A DNA stretch of 64,000 bases from Thermoplasmata archaeon (GTDB taxonomy: Archaea; Thermoplasmatota; Thermoplasmata; Lutacidiplasmatales; UBA184). The stretch spans positions 34,043 to 98,042 of the forward strand of contig DASPOD010000041.1 of assembly GCA_035626215.1 (NCBI GenBank), in the 5' to 3' direction. The position numbers and the translations under genes are program-made. The notes under the pieces were generated by a model. The model saw only the letters and a list, made by a program, of their open reading frames with translations. It searched no databases and was not told the DNA's origin. This document shows, one piece after another, positions 55,788-64,000 of the stretch (position 1 is its first letter; the number at the start of each line of letters is the position of its first letter).

Positions 55788-56540
55788 ATGTCGACCAACC
55801 AGCGACCGAACGCTTTGACTCGACCTCGCGGGCCAATCCTACCCCCACCGGGCTCGAGAGGGGGACTCGCGCTCATCGGGGCGATCTTCTTCGGCGTGGT
55901 CTACCTGATCGTACTCGTCTCGCAGTACTCCGCGCTCAGCGCGGAGGCGCCGTGGGTGGTCGGACTGAACTTGGTAATCTCCGTGATCGTCACTTTCTTT
56001 CTCGTCTCGATGATTGCCTCCGACCGCGCTCGGGCCGCGGATTTCGAGCTTGAGTTCGCCCGGACCGTGCAGGCTCACCTCGCGGCGGAGGAGACCCTCG
56101 TCCAGTCGAGCCCTCTGGGTGGGATCCTCTCCGAATACGCTCGCGTGGCGCACGAACAGCGCCGCGCCGCCCGGGAGCACACGTACGCCGCCGGCCCAGC
56201 AATCTACAGCGCCGGGTTCGCCACGTTGGCCGCGTGCCTCGTGGGCCTCGCGTATGCGATTGGCGCCGACGCGAACACGCTCGGTGTCGCGATGCTGGTG
56301 GAACTGGGCGGTTTCTTCTTCCTGGTCCTGGCGACCGCCATCCTCGTGCTGTCGGTGGGCCGCGGGGCCGATGTCCCCGAATTCCACGCGCTCGTGCCAC
56401 GCCGGTGGGCGAAGGTGACCGAACCGTCGTTCCCGTTCACCTACTCGCTCGGCGAGGTGCCCTGGGCCGCTCAGGCCCCGGTCCCGGTCAACCCACCGCT
56501 CTGGCAAGAATCCGGCGGGATGAGCCCCGCGCGCTCCTGA
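55788..56540 (+). CDS. membrane protein, uncharacterised
   Basis: Four or five hydrophobic segments and GC-rich third positions. Confidence 0.5.
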   Translation: MSTNQRPNALTRPRGPILPPPGSRGGLALIGAIFFGVVYLIVLVSQYSALSAEAPWVVGLNLVISVIVTFFLVSMIASDRARAADFELEFARTVQAHLAAEETLVQSSPLGGILSEYARVAHEQRRAAREHTYAAGPAIYSAGFATLAACLVGLAYAIGADANTLGVAMLVELGGFFFLVLATAILVLSVGRGADVPEFHALVPRRWAKVTEPSFPFTYSLGEVPWAAQAPVPVNPPLWQESGGMSPARS

Positions 56541-56616
56541 GCCCACGGGCCGTCAACTCGAGTTAACTCGGGACTGAAATAACCCCCGGAGAAACTCCGG
56601 CGCAGTCGGTGTCCCG

Positions 56617-57159
56617 ATGTGGGTGTACGTGGTGGTGGCGTCCCCATGCGGTGTAACCGATACCGTGGCGCGAGCGGTCGCGCGCGCCGTCGATTGGTCG
56701 TACGAGCATTACGCACGACCGGCGAACGAGGTCGACCCGGTCGAGATCCGCACACCCTCGGTCGTTTTCCTCGGTGGACCGACTCATCGCCGTGAGATGG
56801 GCGAGTCGCTCCGGGCCTTTGTCGAGCACATGCCCGACCGGATGATCGCCCAGTCCCTCTTCGCAGCGTTCGACACGCGTTTCCACGACTCCCCCATCGT
56901 GACCGGTTCGAGCGCTCGCCACATTCAGAGGGCCGTCGAGGGTCGGGGAGGTCGGAATCTCGTCCCGGGCGAGAGCTTCTTCGTCATTCGACGGGACGGT
57001 CCGCTGCGGGAAGGCGAGGTGGAACGCGCCCGGATGTGGGCGAGCGGGGTCATCGCCTCCGCGGTTCGCGAACTTCACGATGTCGAGGTCCGCCCCGGGA
57101 CCCTTAGCTCATCCGCCCCCCACACGTGGGTTGAGTCGCTCGCGCCGGTTCCTTCCTGA
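56617..57159 (+). CDS. possible flavodoxin-fold protein
   Basis: VYVVVASPCGVTDTVARAV...VVFLGGPTH resembles a flavodoxin-like beta-alpha start. This is a weak call. Confidence 0.4.
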   Translation: MWVYVVVASPCGVTDTVARAVARAVDWSYEHYARPANEVDPVEIRTPSVVFLGGPTHRREMGESLRAFVEHMPDRMIAQSLFAAFDTRFHDSPIVTGSSARHIQRAVEGRGGRNLVPGESFFVIRRDGPLREGEVERARMWASGVIASAVRELHDVEVRPGTLSSSAPHTWVESLAPVPS

Positions 57160-57269
57160 ACGGCATTCCCCGTACGCGCTCGGTCCTCGGTCGGTGGACC
57201 GGCCGTCGACACAGGATTGGTGTTGCGCAGGCTCGTTAGGGCCGGAGCTGAGACTCCGAGGGAATGAGG

Positions 57270-57521
57270 TCAAGGGCCGGACGCAACGGCGGCTTCCAAC
57301 CGCCGACGGTCGGCCCTCCAGTTTGCGATGAACAGCACCGCCAGCGAACCGAAGAGCGCGACGGCCGCCAGAGCGGAGAACGGGATTGGGTGGTAAAAGC
57401 CCAGATAACCGAAAAACAGGAACGCTACGAACGCGACGAACAGGATGAACGTGGCAGCGTCCAAGACGACCTCGGTGGCGAGCGAGGATCCGAGAATCGA
57501 TGTCAAGGGTGCCCTTTCCAC
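57270..57521 (-). CDS. small membrane protein
   Basis: 83 aa with two long hydrophobic helices. Confidence 0.4.
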   Translation of the reverse strand: MERAPLTSILGSSLATEVVLDAATFILFVAFVAFLFFGYLGFYHPIPFSALAAVALFGSLAVLFIANWRADRRRLEAAVASGP

Positions 57522-57685
57522 TATCGCGAGTCGAGCAGGTAACGGTTCCGCTCCTCAGGGAATGACCGGTCTTCCGACCCGCGGTAGTCGGGGTGCGGAA
57601 CCTGTCGAGGGTTCCGTTTCCTCGGCGGCCGGGGTAAAGCCCTATTGACCCCGCCTAGAAGACCGCCCCCGGAGTTCACCGGCCC

Positions 57686-59401
57686 ATGGAAGCCGCGAGC
57701 CAGCCTGTTGTGCAGCCCGGTCACGGGGGAGCCAGGGTCTCCAAGGCCCCCCGGTTGAAAGGCATGGACCTCCTCGATACTCCGCTGCTCAACAAAGGGA
57801 CCGCGTTCTCCTTCGAGGAGCGGACGCTGTTCCATCTCCACGCGCTCCTTCCCCCTCAGGTGGAGACGCTCGAGCAACAGGTGGTCCGCGCGTACGAAGC
57901 GTACCAGCGTAAGACGGAGGACCTCGAGCGCCACATCTACCTCCGGGCGCTCCAGGACCGAAACGAGGTGTTGTTCTACCGGCTGTTGGTCGACCATCTC
58001 GAGGAGATGACCCCGATCGTCTACACCCCGGTGGTCGGTGAGGCCTGCCAACAGTTCAGCCACATCTACCGCAGGCCCCGTGGCCTGTTCATCTCCTACC
58101 CGATGCGCGACTCGATCGTGGAGCTACTCCGCCACCGGCCGAATCCTGAGGTGGACGTAATCGTCGCGACCGACGGAGAACGCATCCTCGGAATCGGTGA
58201 CCAAGGCGCGGGGGGCCTTGGCATCCCGATCGGTAAGCTCTCCCTGTACACCGTCTTCGGCGGGATCGCCCCCGAGCGGACGCTCCCGATCGTACTCGAC
58301 GTCGGGACCAACAACCAGGACCGCCTGAAGGACCCCGAATATCTCGGTTGGCGACACGAACGCATCACGGGCGACGAGTACTATGCCTTCATCGAGCAGT
58401 TCGTCCGCGCCGTGAAGCAAGAACTCCCCGGGACCCTCCTCCAGTGGGAGGATTTCGGGGTCGCCCATGCCCGTCCAATCCTCGAGAAGTATCGGGAACA
58501 GCTCCTGACCTTCAACGACGATATCCAAGGAACGGGGTCGATTTCCCTCGCGGTGATCCTCGCGGCCTCCGAGCTCACCGGGCTACCGCCGCGCGACCAG
58601 CGGTTCGCGATCCTCGGCGCGGGCTCGGCGGGGGTCGGCGTGGCCGACCTGCTGACCGCGGCGCTCGTGGAGGCGGGAATACCCGCGCCGGAAGCGCGAC
58701 GGCGGACCTGGATCGTCAACCGGGGCGGGCTCATCCACTCGGGCCGCACCGACCTCAAGGACGAGCAGCGCGTCTACGCCCATCCGTGGGACGACGTGAA
58801 GAGCTGGGCGTCGACCGGGGACGGGAAAATCGGCCTCGAGGACGTCGTCCGCGAGGCCCGTCCCACCGTCCTCATCGGGCTCTCGACCCTCAAGGGCGCC
58901 TTCACCGAGTCGATGATCCGGACCATGGCCCGGTGGGTCGCTCGGCCGGTCATCCTGCCCCTGTCGAACCCGACCGCCAAATCGGAGGCAATCCCCGCGG
59001 ACCTTCTCGCCTGGACGAACGGACACGCCATCATCGCGACGGGCTCGCCGTTCACGCCGGTGAGATACCAGGACACAATCTATCCGATCGCCCAGTGCAA
59101 CAACGCGTACATCTTCCCGGCGCTCGGCCTCGGCCTGGTCGCGGGGCGATGCCGCATGGTGACCGATTCGATGCTGTTGGCGGCCGCCCGGGCGCTCGCC
59201 GACCGTTCTCCAGCTCGGCAGAACCCCCACGCCCCGTTGCTGCCGTCGCTTCGGGACCTCCGTGAGGTCGCTATCGAGATCGCTCTCGCGGTGGCGATGG
59301 AAGGACAGCGCAAGGGCCTCGCGCCGAAGACGTCGAAGGACGAGCTTCGCGAACGCATTCGCCAAGCGCGTTGGGTTCCGGACTACCCCGTCTACGCCTG
59401 A
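57686..59401 (+). CDS. NAD(P)-dependent malic enzyme (large form)
   Basis: LLNKGTAFSFEER, VYTPVVGEAC, TDGERILGIGDQGAGG and GAGSAGVG. The start may instead be ATG 57764 (MDLLDT). Confidence 0.9.
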   Translation: MEAASQPVVQPGHGGARVSKAPRLKGMDLLDTPLLNKGTAFSFEERTLFHLHALLPPQVETLEQQVVRAYEAYQRKTEDLERHIYLRALQDRNEVLFYRLLVDHLEEMTPIVYTPVVGEACQQFSHIYRRPRGLFISYPMRDSIVELLRHRPNPEVDVIVATDGERILGIGDQGAGGLGIPIGKLSLYTVFGGIAPERTLPIVLDVGTNNQDRLKDPEYLGWRHERITGDEYYAFIEQFVRAVKQELPGTLLQWEDFGVAHARPILEKYREQLLTFNDDIQGTGSISLAVILAASELTGLPPRDQRFAILGAGSAGVGVADLLTAALVEAGIPAPEARRRTWIVNRGGLIHSGRTDLKDEQRVYAHPWDDVKSWASTGDGKIGLEDVVREARPTVLIGLSTLKGAFTESMIRTMARWVARPVILPLSNPTAKSEAIPADLLAWTNGHAIIATGSPFTPVRYQDTIYPIAQCNNAYIFPALGLGLVAGRCRMVTDSMLLAAARALADRSPARQNPHAPLLPSLRDLREVAIEIALAVAMEGQRKGLAPKTSKDELRERIRQARWVPDYPVYA

Positions 59402-59496
59402 GGGCCGAACGCAGTCGCCCCGGCGAACTACCGGGGTCCTGCCGGCTCCGAGGGTCCGGGCGTCACGAGCGCGCTCGGGGTCGTGCGCAAGGCTAA

Positions 59497-60168
59497 GTGC
59501 CGGTCCTTGGTGCGGCGACGTTGGGGATTCACACGGCGGCCCGGACTCGGCGTTCCCGTCACCGACCGCATCCTCACCGGCCGAAACGTCGCGTGATTCG
59601 GCATCGACGCGGCCCTGCGGCCGTGGCCGCGAGCCCACCCTCGAGGTACGTCCGACTCGACATCGACCTCGTCCACGAGATGTTCCAACGGCGAGGAGTA
59701 CCGCTGCTGCGCTCCCTCGAAGCGATTTTCCGCGAGCGCGAGGTCGTCGAGGTCGAGGGGCTTCTGCGGCTGACGGCCGCGACCTTCAGAGCGCTCCAGC
59801 GGCGAGGGTTTTCGCGCGTCGACCACTGGGAGGTCCGGCCCGGCGGCTGGTTGCCGCTCCCCGAGCCCGCCCACGAACGCCTCGCCGAACCGGTGGGCCA
59901 CCTCCTGAACGCGCTCCGGAGCGACGCCTGGCGACGGGTGGCCCACGCCCGCGCCTTCTCCGCCCGACTCTCCACCGGCGGGGACCTGCGTGCGGACGTC
60001 ACGATCCGCCAAGTCCACCGAGAGCGCGGTCACGCGATCACCCTCGAACTGTTCGGCACCGTAGCCCCGAAAGATCTGCTCGGCATCGAGCGCGGCCTTC
60101 GGGACGAGCTCACGATCGTACGTCTGCGTCGAACACGCACGCGGCCCCTCTCGGCGACATCCGAGTGA
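59497..60168 (+). CDS. hypothetical protein (true start probably internal)
   Basis: Third positions are GC-rich from about 59650 onward. The N-terminal Arg-rich part is doubtful. No motif recognised. Confidence 0.3.
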   Translation: MPVLGAATLGIHTAARTRRSRHRPHPHRPKRRVIRHRRGPAAVAASPPSRYVRLDIDLVHEMFQRRGVPLLRSLEAIFREREVVEVEGLLRLTAATFRALQRRGFSRVDHWEVRPGGWLPLPEPAHERLAEPVGHLLNALRSDAWRRVAHARAFSARLSTGGDLRADVTIRQVHRERGHAITLELFGTVAPKDLLGIERGLRDELTIVRLRRTRTRPLSATSE

Positions 60169-60233
60169 CGTCTTCGCTCGCTCCGAACGCGCAGCCGAGC
60201 TTGATGTAGTTCGTACGCTACCGAGGAGAGGGC

Positions 60234-60944
60234 ATGCTCGCGCTCTACCTGCCGGCGCTCCTGGCGGCGTTCCTGATCACCGTTCTCGAGATGACCGAGG
60301 TGGTCGCGCTCGTGTTCGCTCTCGCCGCCGACCACTCGACCGTTCGTCACGGTGCGCTCGGGGCGGTCGGAGGGACAGCCGTGGTCGCTGCGATCGCACT
60401 CGGGTTTGGCGCCGTGATCATCGCCTTCCCTCGGGCGTACCTGCTCTGGGGCTCCGCGGTCGTCCTGGCCGGCTTCGGAGTGTTCCTGTTTCGGAGCACC
60501 CTCCGGACCTATCAACGGCGGCGCGACCCGTCCGCCAGCCCGGGAGCGCCGACCTCTGGCCAGACCGTGGCTCAGTTCGCCGGAGGGTTCTCCGTCGGCG
60601 CCGTGGAGTCGACCGAGACGGTGATCGTCCTGCTCGCCCTCGCGGCGGCCGGATACGGGCTTTCCGCTCTGGTGGGTGCGGTCCTGGGGGGGGCTCTCCT
60701 CGTCATCGTGGCCCTGGTCGTACACGACCGGATCCGCCGGATCAAGGTGCCATGGCTGAAGGTCGGCGCGACCGCGGTGGTATTCTCGTTCGCGTTGTTC
60801 TGGGGCGGCGAAGCCGCCGGAGTGGTCTGGCCGGGTGGGGACCTGATCCTCCTGCTCTTCGTGTTCCTTGGCGTGCTGGCCGTCCGCGGCGGTGTGGGTA
60901 TTGTAGTGGGACCGACTCTTCCTTCCTCCTCCCCTCCGGCCTGA
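60234..60944 (+). CDS. membrane protein with internally duplicated E-x-T-E motif helices
   Basis: VLEMTEVVALVFAL and AVESTETVIVLLAL each start a three-TM half. The layout recalls two-repeat cation transporters; the family is not assigned. Confidence 0.55.
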   Translation: MLALYLPALLAAFLITVLEMTEVVALVFALAADHSTVRHGALGAVGGTAVVAAIALGFGAVIIAFPRAYLLWGSAVVLAGFGVFLFRSTLRTYQRRRDPSASPGAPTSGQTVAQFAGGFSVGAVESTETVIVLLALAAAGYGLSALVGAVLGGALLVIVALVVHDRIRRIKVPWLKVGATAVVFSFALFWGGEAAGVVWPGGDLILLLFVFLGVLAVRGGVGIVVGPTLPSSSPPA

Positions 60945-60992
60945 CACCCCGGGGCCCCCGGCAGGCCGAGCGCCACGTGGAAGGAGAGGGGG

Positions 60993-61670
60993 CTATTCCC
61001 GTGCGGCCGACCGTAGTTCGAACTCGTGCGTTCGAGGTAACAGCATGACGCCTTCGGAGGGGTCGCCAATCAGCACGCCCTCGCCCTTGAGGTGGTTCCA
61101 TCCGACCCACGCGATCGTCACGGCATCGAGCTCGTCGTGGGTCAACGGACGTCGAGCAAGGTCGCCGCCCAGGCCCAGCGCCCGCAGTCGGCGTTGGAGC
61201 CCGGTCACACCGGCCTTCTTCCGGGGAATCCCCCATAGGTCCTGCGACCCGCCGGGGTACCCTTCCACCACGGTGGTGCCGTCCCGCGTGAGATACCGGG
61301 CGAGGCGCATCCCACGCACCGTGAGCATCCGCATCGGTCCGAGGGTGAGCGGAAAGAACGGTAGCCGGAGCCGTAGAAGGGTCCGGTCGCACTCCCGCAA
61401 GTGAGGACCGGACCGGTTTTCGATCGTTCGCCGACCGCGGGGGAGCGAGAGAGGAGCATCGATCACGACCAGGTCCGGCTGGGCCGAACGAACGAACTCT
61501 CGGAGCTCCGCATCGGAGTGGAGGACTTGCGCCCGCACTCGCCGGGGGCCCTCGAGAAGGCAGACCCCGCTGTCGCGATGCGTCGAACCGGCGAGGTCGA
61601 TGCCGATAACCCGCGGGCTCCTTGGGCGGGTCGGCACGCGGGCGCCCGTCCGAGAACTCCGCGTCGACAC
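60993..61670 (-). CDS. DUF429-like (RNase H-fold, predicted nuclease) protein
   Basis: VIGIDLAGS...GVCLL...LVVIDAPLSLP is typical of DUF429. Confidence 0.6.
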   Translation of the reverse strand: MSTRSSRTGARVPTRPRSPRVIGIDLAGSTHRDSGVCLLEGPRRVRAQVLHSDAELREFVRSAQPDLVVIDAPLSLPRGRRTIENRSGPHLRECDRTLLRLRLPFFPLTLGPMRMLTVRGMRLARYLTRDGTTVVEGYPGGSQDLWGIPRKKAGVTGLQRRLRALGLGGDLARRPLTHDELDAVTIAWVGWNHLKGEGVLIGDPSEGVMLLPRTHEFELRSAARE

Positions 61671-61721
61671 GGGAAAAGAGCGGAGGAAAGGGTTGGTCAG
61701 GGAGGGTCTCGGCCCGACGGA

Positions 61722-62402
61722 CTATTCGGGCAGCACCTTGCGCCCGTAGTTCCAGTTCGTCAGGATCGCCGTGGCGACGTACCAGGCGATGAACCCGGTG
61801 AAGATGATGATCCCACCGACCGCCCAATTATCGACCCCGGAGCCGAGAAACGGAGAGGTCGTCGGGTTCGCCGCGAGGCTCCAGAACTTGACGACGAGCA
61901 GGATGAACGCGATCAGCAGGAACAGGAAGACCATCGTGATTCCCCATCCGTGCTTGAACGAATTGATGAAGAACGTAAAGGTGAACATCATCCAGATGAA
62001 CGCGAACCCGGCGACTCCGTAGTAGATCGGAGCGGCCACGGCCGGGGCCGTACCGGGGATTGTTCCGGCGTATCCGGCAAAGCTCGTGAGCATCAGGGTG
62101 AAAGCGATCCAGAACGCCCCGTAGCCGACGAACGCCGACCCGGCGAACAGATTGCCCTTGCGGAGGGCGATGAGCCCCGCGATCAGTTGCGCGGCGCCGC
62201 CGAACGCCATCGCCATGCCGAAGACGACCCAGTTGTTGTTGAACCCGTTCACGTAGGGTGCGGGGAGGTTCGACAGACCCGCGATCATGGTCGTCGTGCC
62301 GAATCCCATCAGGCCCACGACGGCCGGGTTCGACCACCACTCGGACTTTTCCCCCGACGGAGGCGGGGAAGGTGCTGCCCCGGCTCCGGCCTCTGTTTGC
62401 AT
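61722..62402 (-). CDS. GPR1/FUN34/YaaH (SatP) family acetate/succinate channel
   Basis: NPAVVGLMGFGTTT and GNLFAGSAFVGYGAFW motifs. Start is at MQTEAG, with an alternative at 62423. Confidence 0.8.
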   Translation of the reverse strand: MQTEAGAGAAPSPPPSGEKSEWWSNPAVVGLMGFGTTTMIAGLSNLPAPYVNGFNNNWVVFGMAMAFGGAAQLIAGLIALRKGNLFAGSAFVGYGAFWIAFTLMLTSFAGYAGTIPGTAPAVAAPIYYGVAGFAFIWMMFTFTFFINSFKHGWGITMVFLFLLIAFILLVVKFWSLAANPTTSPFLGSGVDNWAVGGIIIFTGFIAWYVATAILTNWNYGRKVLPE

Positions 62403-62577
62403 GCTTTCCGTGGCTGCTGGCATGTTGGGCGGTCGACGCTGTCCAAGTAGATAAAAGCCGTTTTTGATGAGGACTCGCCGTCCCGGTCGCCGGCGGCCGA
62501 GGGCCCAGCGACCGGCCGGTGTCGCCATCGAACCCCCGGACATCATTAAGTCCGACGAAGGGTCGTGGGCCGGCGCT

Positions 62578-62853
62578 ATGGAGGACCGCACCGAGCTCGA
62601 CCGGGTCGTGTTCGGCCAAACGCGGGTCGTGCTCAACCGGGACCTTTCGACGATGAATCCGAATCTCGTCGCGGGTTCCCAGGGGCTGGTCGTCGGCAAG
62701 ATCGCGAACTACACGTTGAAGATCGCGTTCCCGAAGGTCACGATCGGCATCAACTGGCGCGACTGTGACATCGTCCCCGGCAAAACCGGCATGCCGACCG
62801 ACGCCGACCAGCCCAAGGTAGTGCCGAAGCCCCGGCACATGGGTGAGGAATAG
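62578..62853 (+). CDS. hypothetical small protein
   Basis: 91 aa from ATGGAGGACCGC, with strongly GC-biased third positions. No motif recognised. Confidence 0.45.
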   Translation: MEDRTELDRVVFGQTRVVLNRDLSTMNPNLVAGSQGLVVGKIANYTLKIAFPKVTIGINWRDCDIVPGKTGMPTDADQPKVVPKPRHMGEE

Positions 62854-62872
62854 TGGTCGTCCCGGCGACCGG

Positions 62873-63646
62873 TCAGTCCGGGGGGAGTAGCTTTCCCACG
62901 AGGGGTGCCACCTCCGAAAGGCGGTCGGTGCGATAGTCCGCCTCCGGAACGCCGGGAACACCGGGCAAGAAGAGCCGACGGTAACTCTCCCCGTACTCAT
63001 GGAGACCGGTGAACAGAATCGCTCCACGGTACCCCGCGCGACGGGCGCCCTCGAGGTCGGACCAGCCGTCGCCCACGTGCACCGCCGACGACGGCTCCTC
63101 GGAGAGCTGGGAGAGCGCTATCCGGAAGATCTCGGGCGCCGGCTTCGTCCATGGAAGCTCGTCGCTGAAGACGAACGTCTCGACGTACCGGTCGAACTCC
63201 ATCGACGCAAGGATGGGTCGAAGGAAGGCGCCCGGCTCACCGACCGTGTTCGAGATCACGCCGACTCGGTAGCCTTGGGCCCGCAGGCCCCGGAGGAGCT
63301 CGAGCGCTCCGGGCGCCCGCAGAAACCGCGTATGGCGAATCTCGTCATGGAGGCCTCGGAGGTAGTCGCGGGCGTCGGCGTCCCGCCCGACTTCTTTCGC
63401 GGCGCTCATAAGCTGTTCCGCGGGCGTCACCGTCCTCCCTTCCGCGGATTGGGTGACCGCGTCGAGGTACGCCCGCTCGAAGGCTTTGCCGATCTCCTCG
63501 TCCGAAAGGTTGGGTGCGCCCGGAAGCGCGCGGGACGACCGAAGGACCGTCGCCCCGAGCGCGAGTTGATGCGCCATGTAGCGCTCTTCGTCCTCGGGCG
63601 GCAGGTAGATCAACGTGTGCCAGAGGTCGAGGGTGACCGCCGCCAT
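62873..63646 (-). CDS. HAD-superfamily hydrolase
   Basis: VTLDLWHTLI (motif I variant), VISNT, WTKP and VGDGWSDLEGA. The upstream in-frame part of the track ORF was rejected. Confidence 0.75.
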   Translation of the reverse strand: MAAVTLDLWHTLIYLPPEDEERYMAHQLALGATVLRSSRALPGAPNLSDEEIGKAFERAYLDAVTQSAEGRTVTPAEQLMSAAKEVGRDADARDYLRGLHDEIRHTRFLRAPGALELLRGLRAQGYRVGVISNTVGEPGAFLRPILASMEFDRYVETFVFSDELPWTKPAPEIFRIALSQLSEEPSSAVHVGDGWSDLEGARRAGYRGAILFTGLHEYGESYRRLFLPGVPGVPEADYRTDRLSEVAPLVGKLLPPD

Positions 63647-63784
63647 CGCCCTGAACTCTAGCGCCTCGTGCCTATAAGCGAAGGACCGGACCCGAACGGA
63701 CTTGGCCCGCCCGGAGGTTTCGTGGGTCGCGGTCCGGTTCCCCCGGAACGTCAAAAGCTCGCCTCGATTCGGGAAGGCCCTTCC

Positions 63785-64000
63785 ATGAGCGACCCACGCC
63801 TGCTCGTCGCGCTGCGCGGGCGCGAAGAGATCGACCGAGTCCTGAAGGAGGAGCTCCCGGGGGTCCCATGGCAGTATGCCGGGCGGGAACCGCGGCCGGG
63901 CATGGAGCGGGCCGAGGCCCTCCTCCTCGGGTCGGTCGAGCGGGAACTCGGGGACCTCGACCTTCGCCAGCTTCCCCGGCTGACGTTCGTCCAACGGGTC
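63785..64000 (+). CDS. possible D-isomer-specific 2-hydroxyacid dehydrogenase, N-terminal part (runs off window end)
   Basis: Hand translation gives MSDPRLLVALRGREEIDRVLKEELPGVPWQY...AEALLLGSVERELGDLDLRQLPRLTFVQRV, which resembles the N-terminal domain ending in the L.(F/W)(V/I)Q motif. Confidence 0.4.
   Translation, partial: MSDPRLLVALRGREEIDRVLKEELPGVPWQYAGREPRPGMERAEALLLGSVERELGDLDLRQLPRLTFVQRV

Noticed and set aside
60030-63027. Minus-strand ORFs 60030..60947, 60742..61827 and 61828..63027
   Set aside because: They are antisense or out of frame relative to better-supported genes (the E-x-T-E membrane protein, DUF429, SatP and the 91-aa ORF). Extremely Arg/Gly/Pro-rich.
1-64000. CRISPR arrays, rRNA genes, IS elements with terminal inverted repeats
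   Set aside because: I saw no regularly spaced short direct repeats, no rRNA-like conserved stretches and no transposase-like ORF while reading the window.

Overview
High-GC (roughly two-thirds G+C by eye) prokaryotic contig that I read as archaeal. Support: an archaeal-type shikimate pathway (ADH synthase, DHQ synthase II, GHMP-type shikimate kinase), TATA-like boxes about 25 nt upstream of start codons, an archaeal-looking tRNA-Ile, a tricorn-factor-like M1 aminopeptidase and a 2-oxoacid dehydrogenase operon, together suggesting a Thermoplasmatota-like lineage. The lineage is inference only; no database search was possible.

Layout:
- 1-19.8 kb, core metabolism: lysC-asd-aroC-aroA-shikimate kinase-aroD/E fusion-DHQS-II-ADH synthase on the minus strand, mostly joined by 4-nt overlaps. 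Then a PqqC/TenA/CADD-like protein, CoA-transferase, acyl-CoA dehydrogenase, two large membrane proteins (one with Fe-S motifs), DUF1015, M1 aminopeptidase and a YgfG-like decarboxylase.
- 19.8-36.3 kb, a visibly more A/T-rich accessory region full of small membrane and zinc-ribbon ORFs, pseudogene fragments and repeats. It contains tRNA-Ile(GAU) at 33961-34035. A 90-bp direct repeat (the tRNA 3' half plus its downstream flank) brackets an 8.9-kb island in which I recognise no integrase. It also holds a four-copy repeat encoding a short hydrophobic peptide, three short upstream ORFs starting MEDR, and a tandemly duplicated two-gene cassette.
- 36.3-64 kb, core again: amino-acid ABC transporter; E1alpha-E1beta-E2-(second E1alpha)-E3-LipB; an HsdR_N-like nuclease-domain protein; a wHTH regulator-SDR-QueA-like operon; VIT1; NUDIX; a GHMP kinase-GT2-epimerase glycan cluster; malic enzyme; SatP; HAD.

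No CRISPR array, rRNA, transposase or recognisable recombinase was seen. All functional calls rest on motif recognition in the supplied translations. Many long ORFs in the track are GC-driven shadow ORFs and were discarded.
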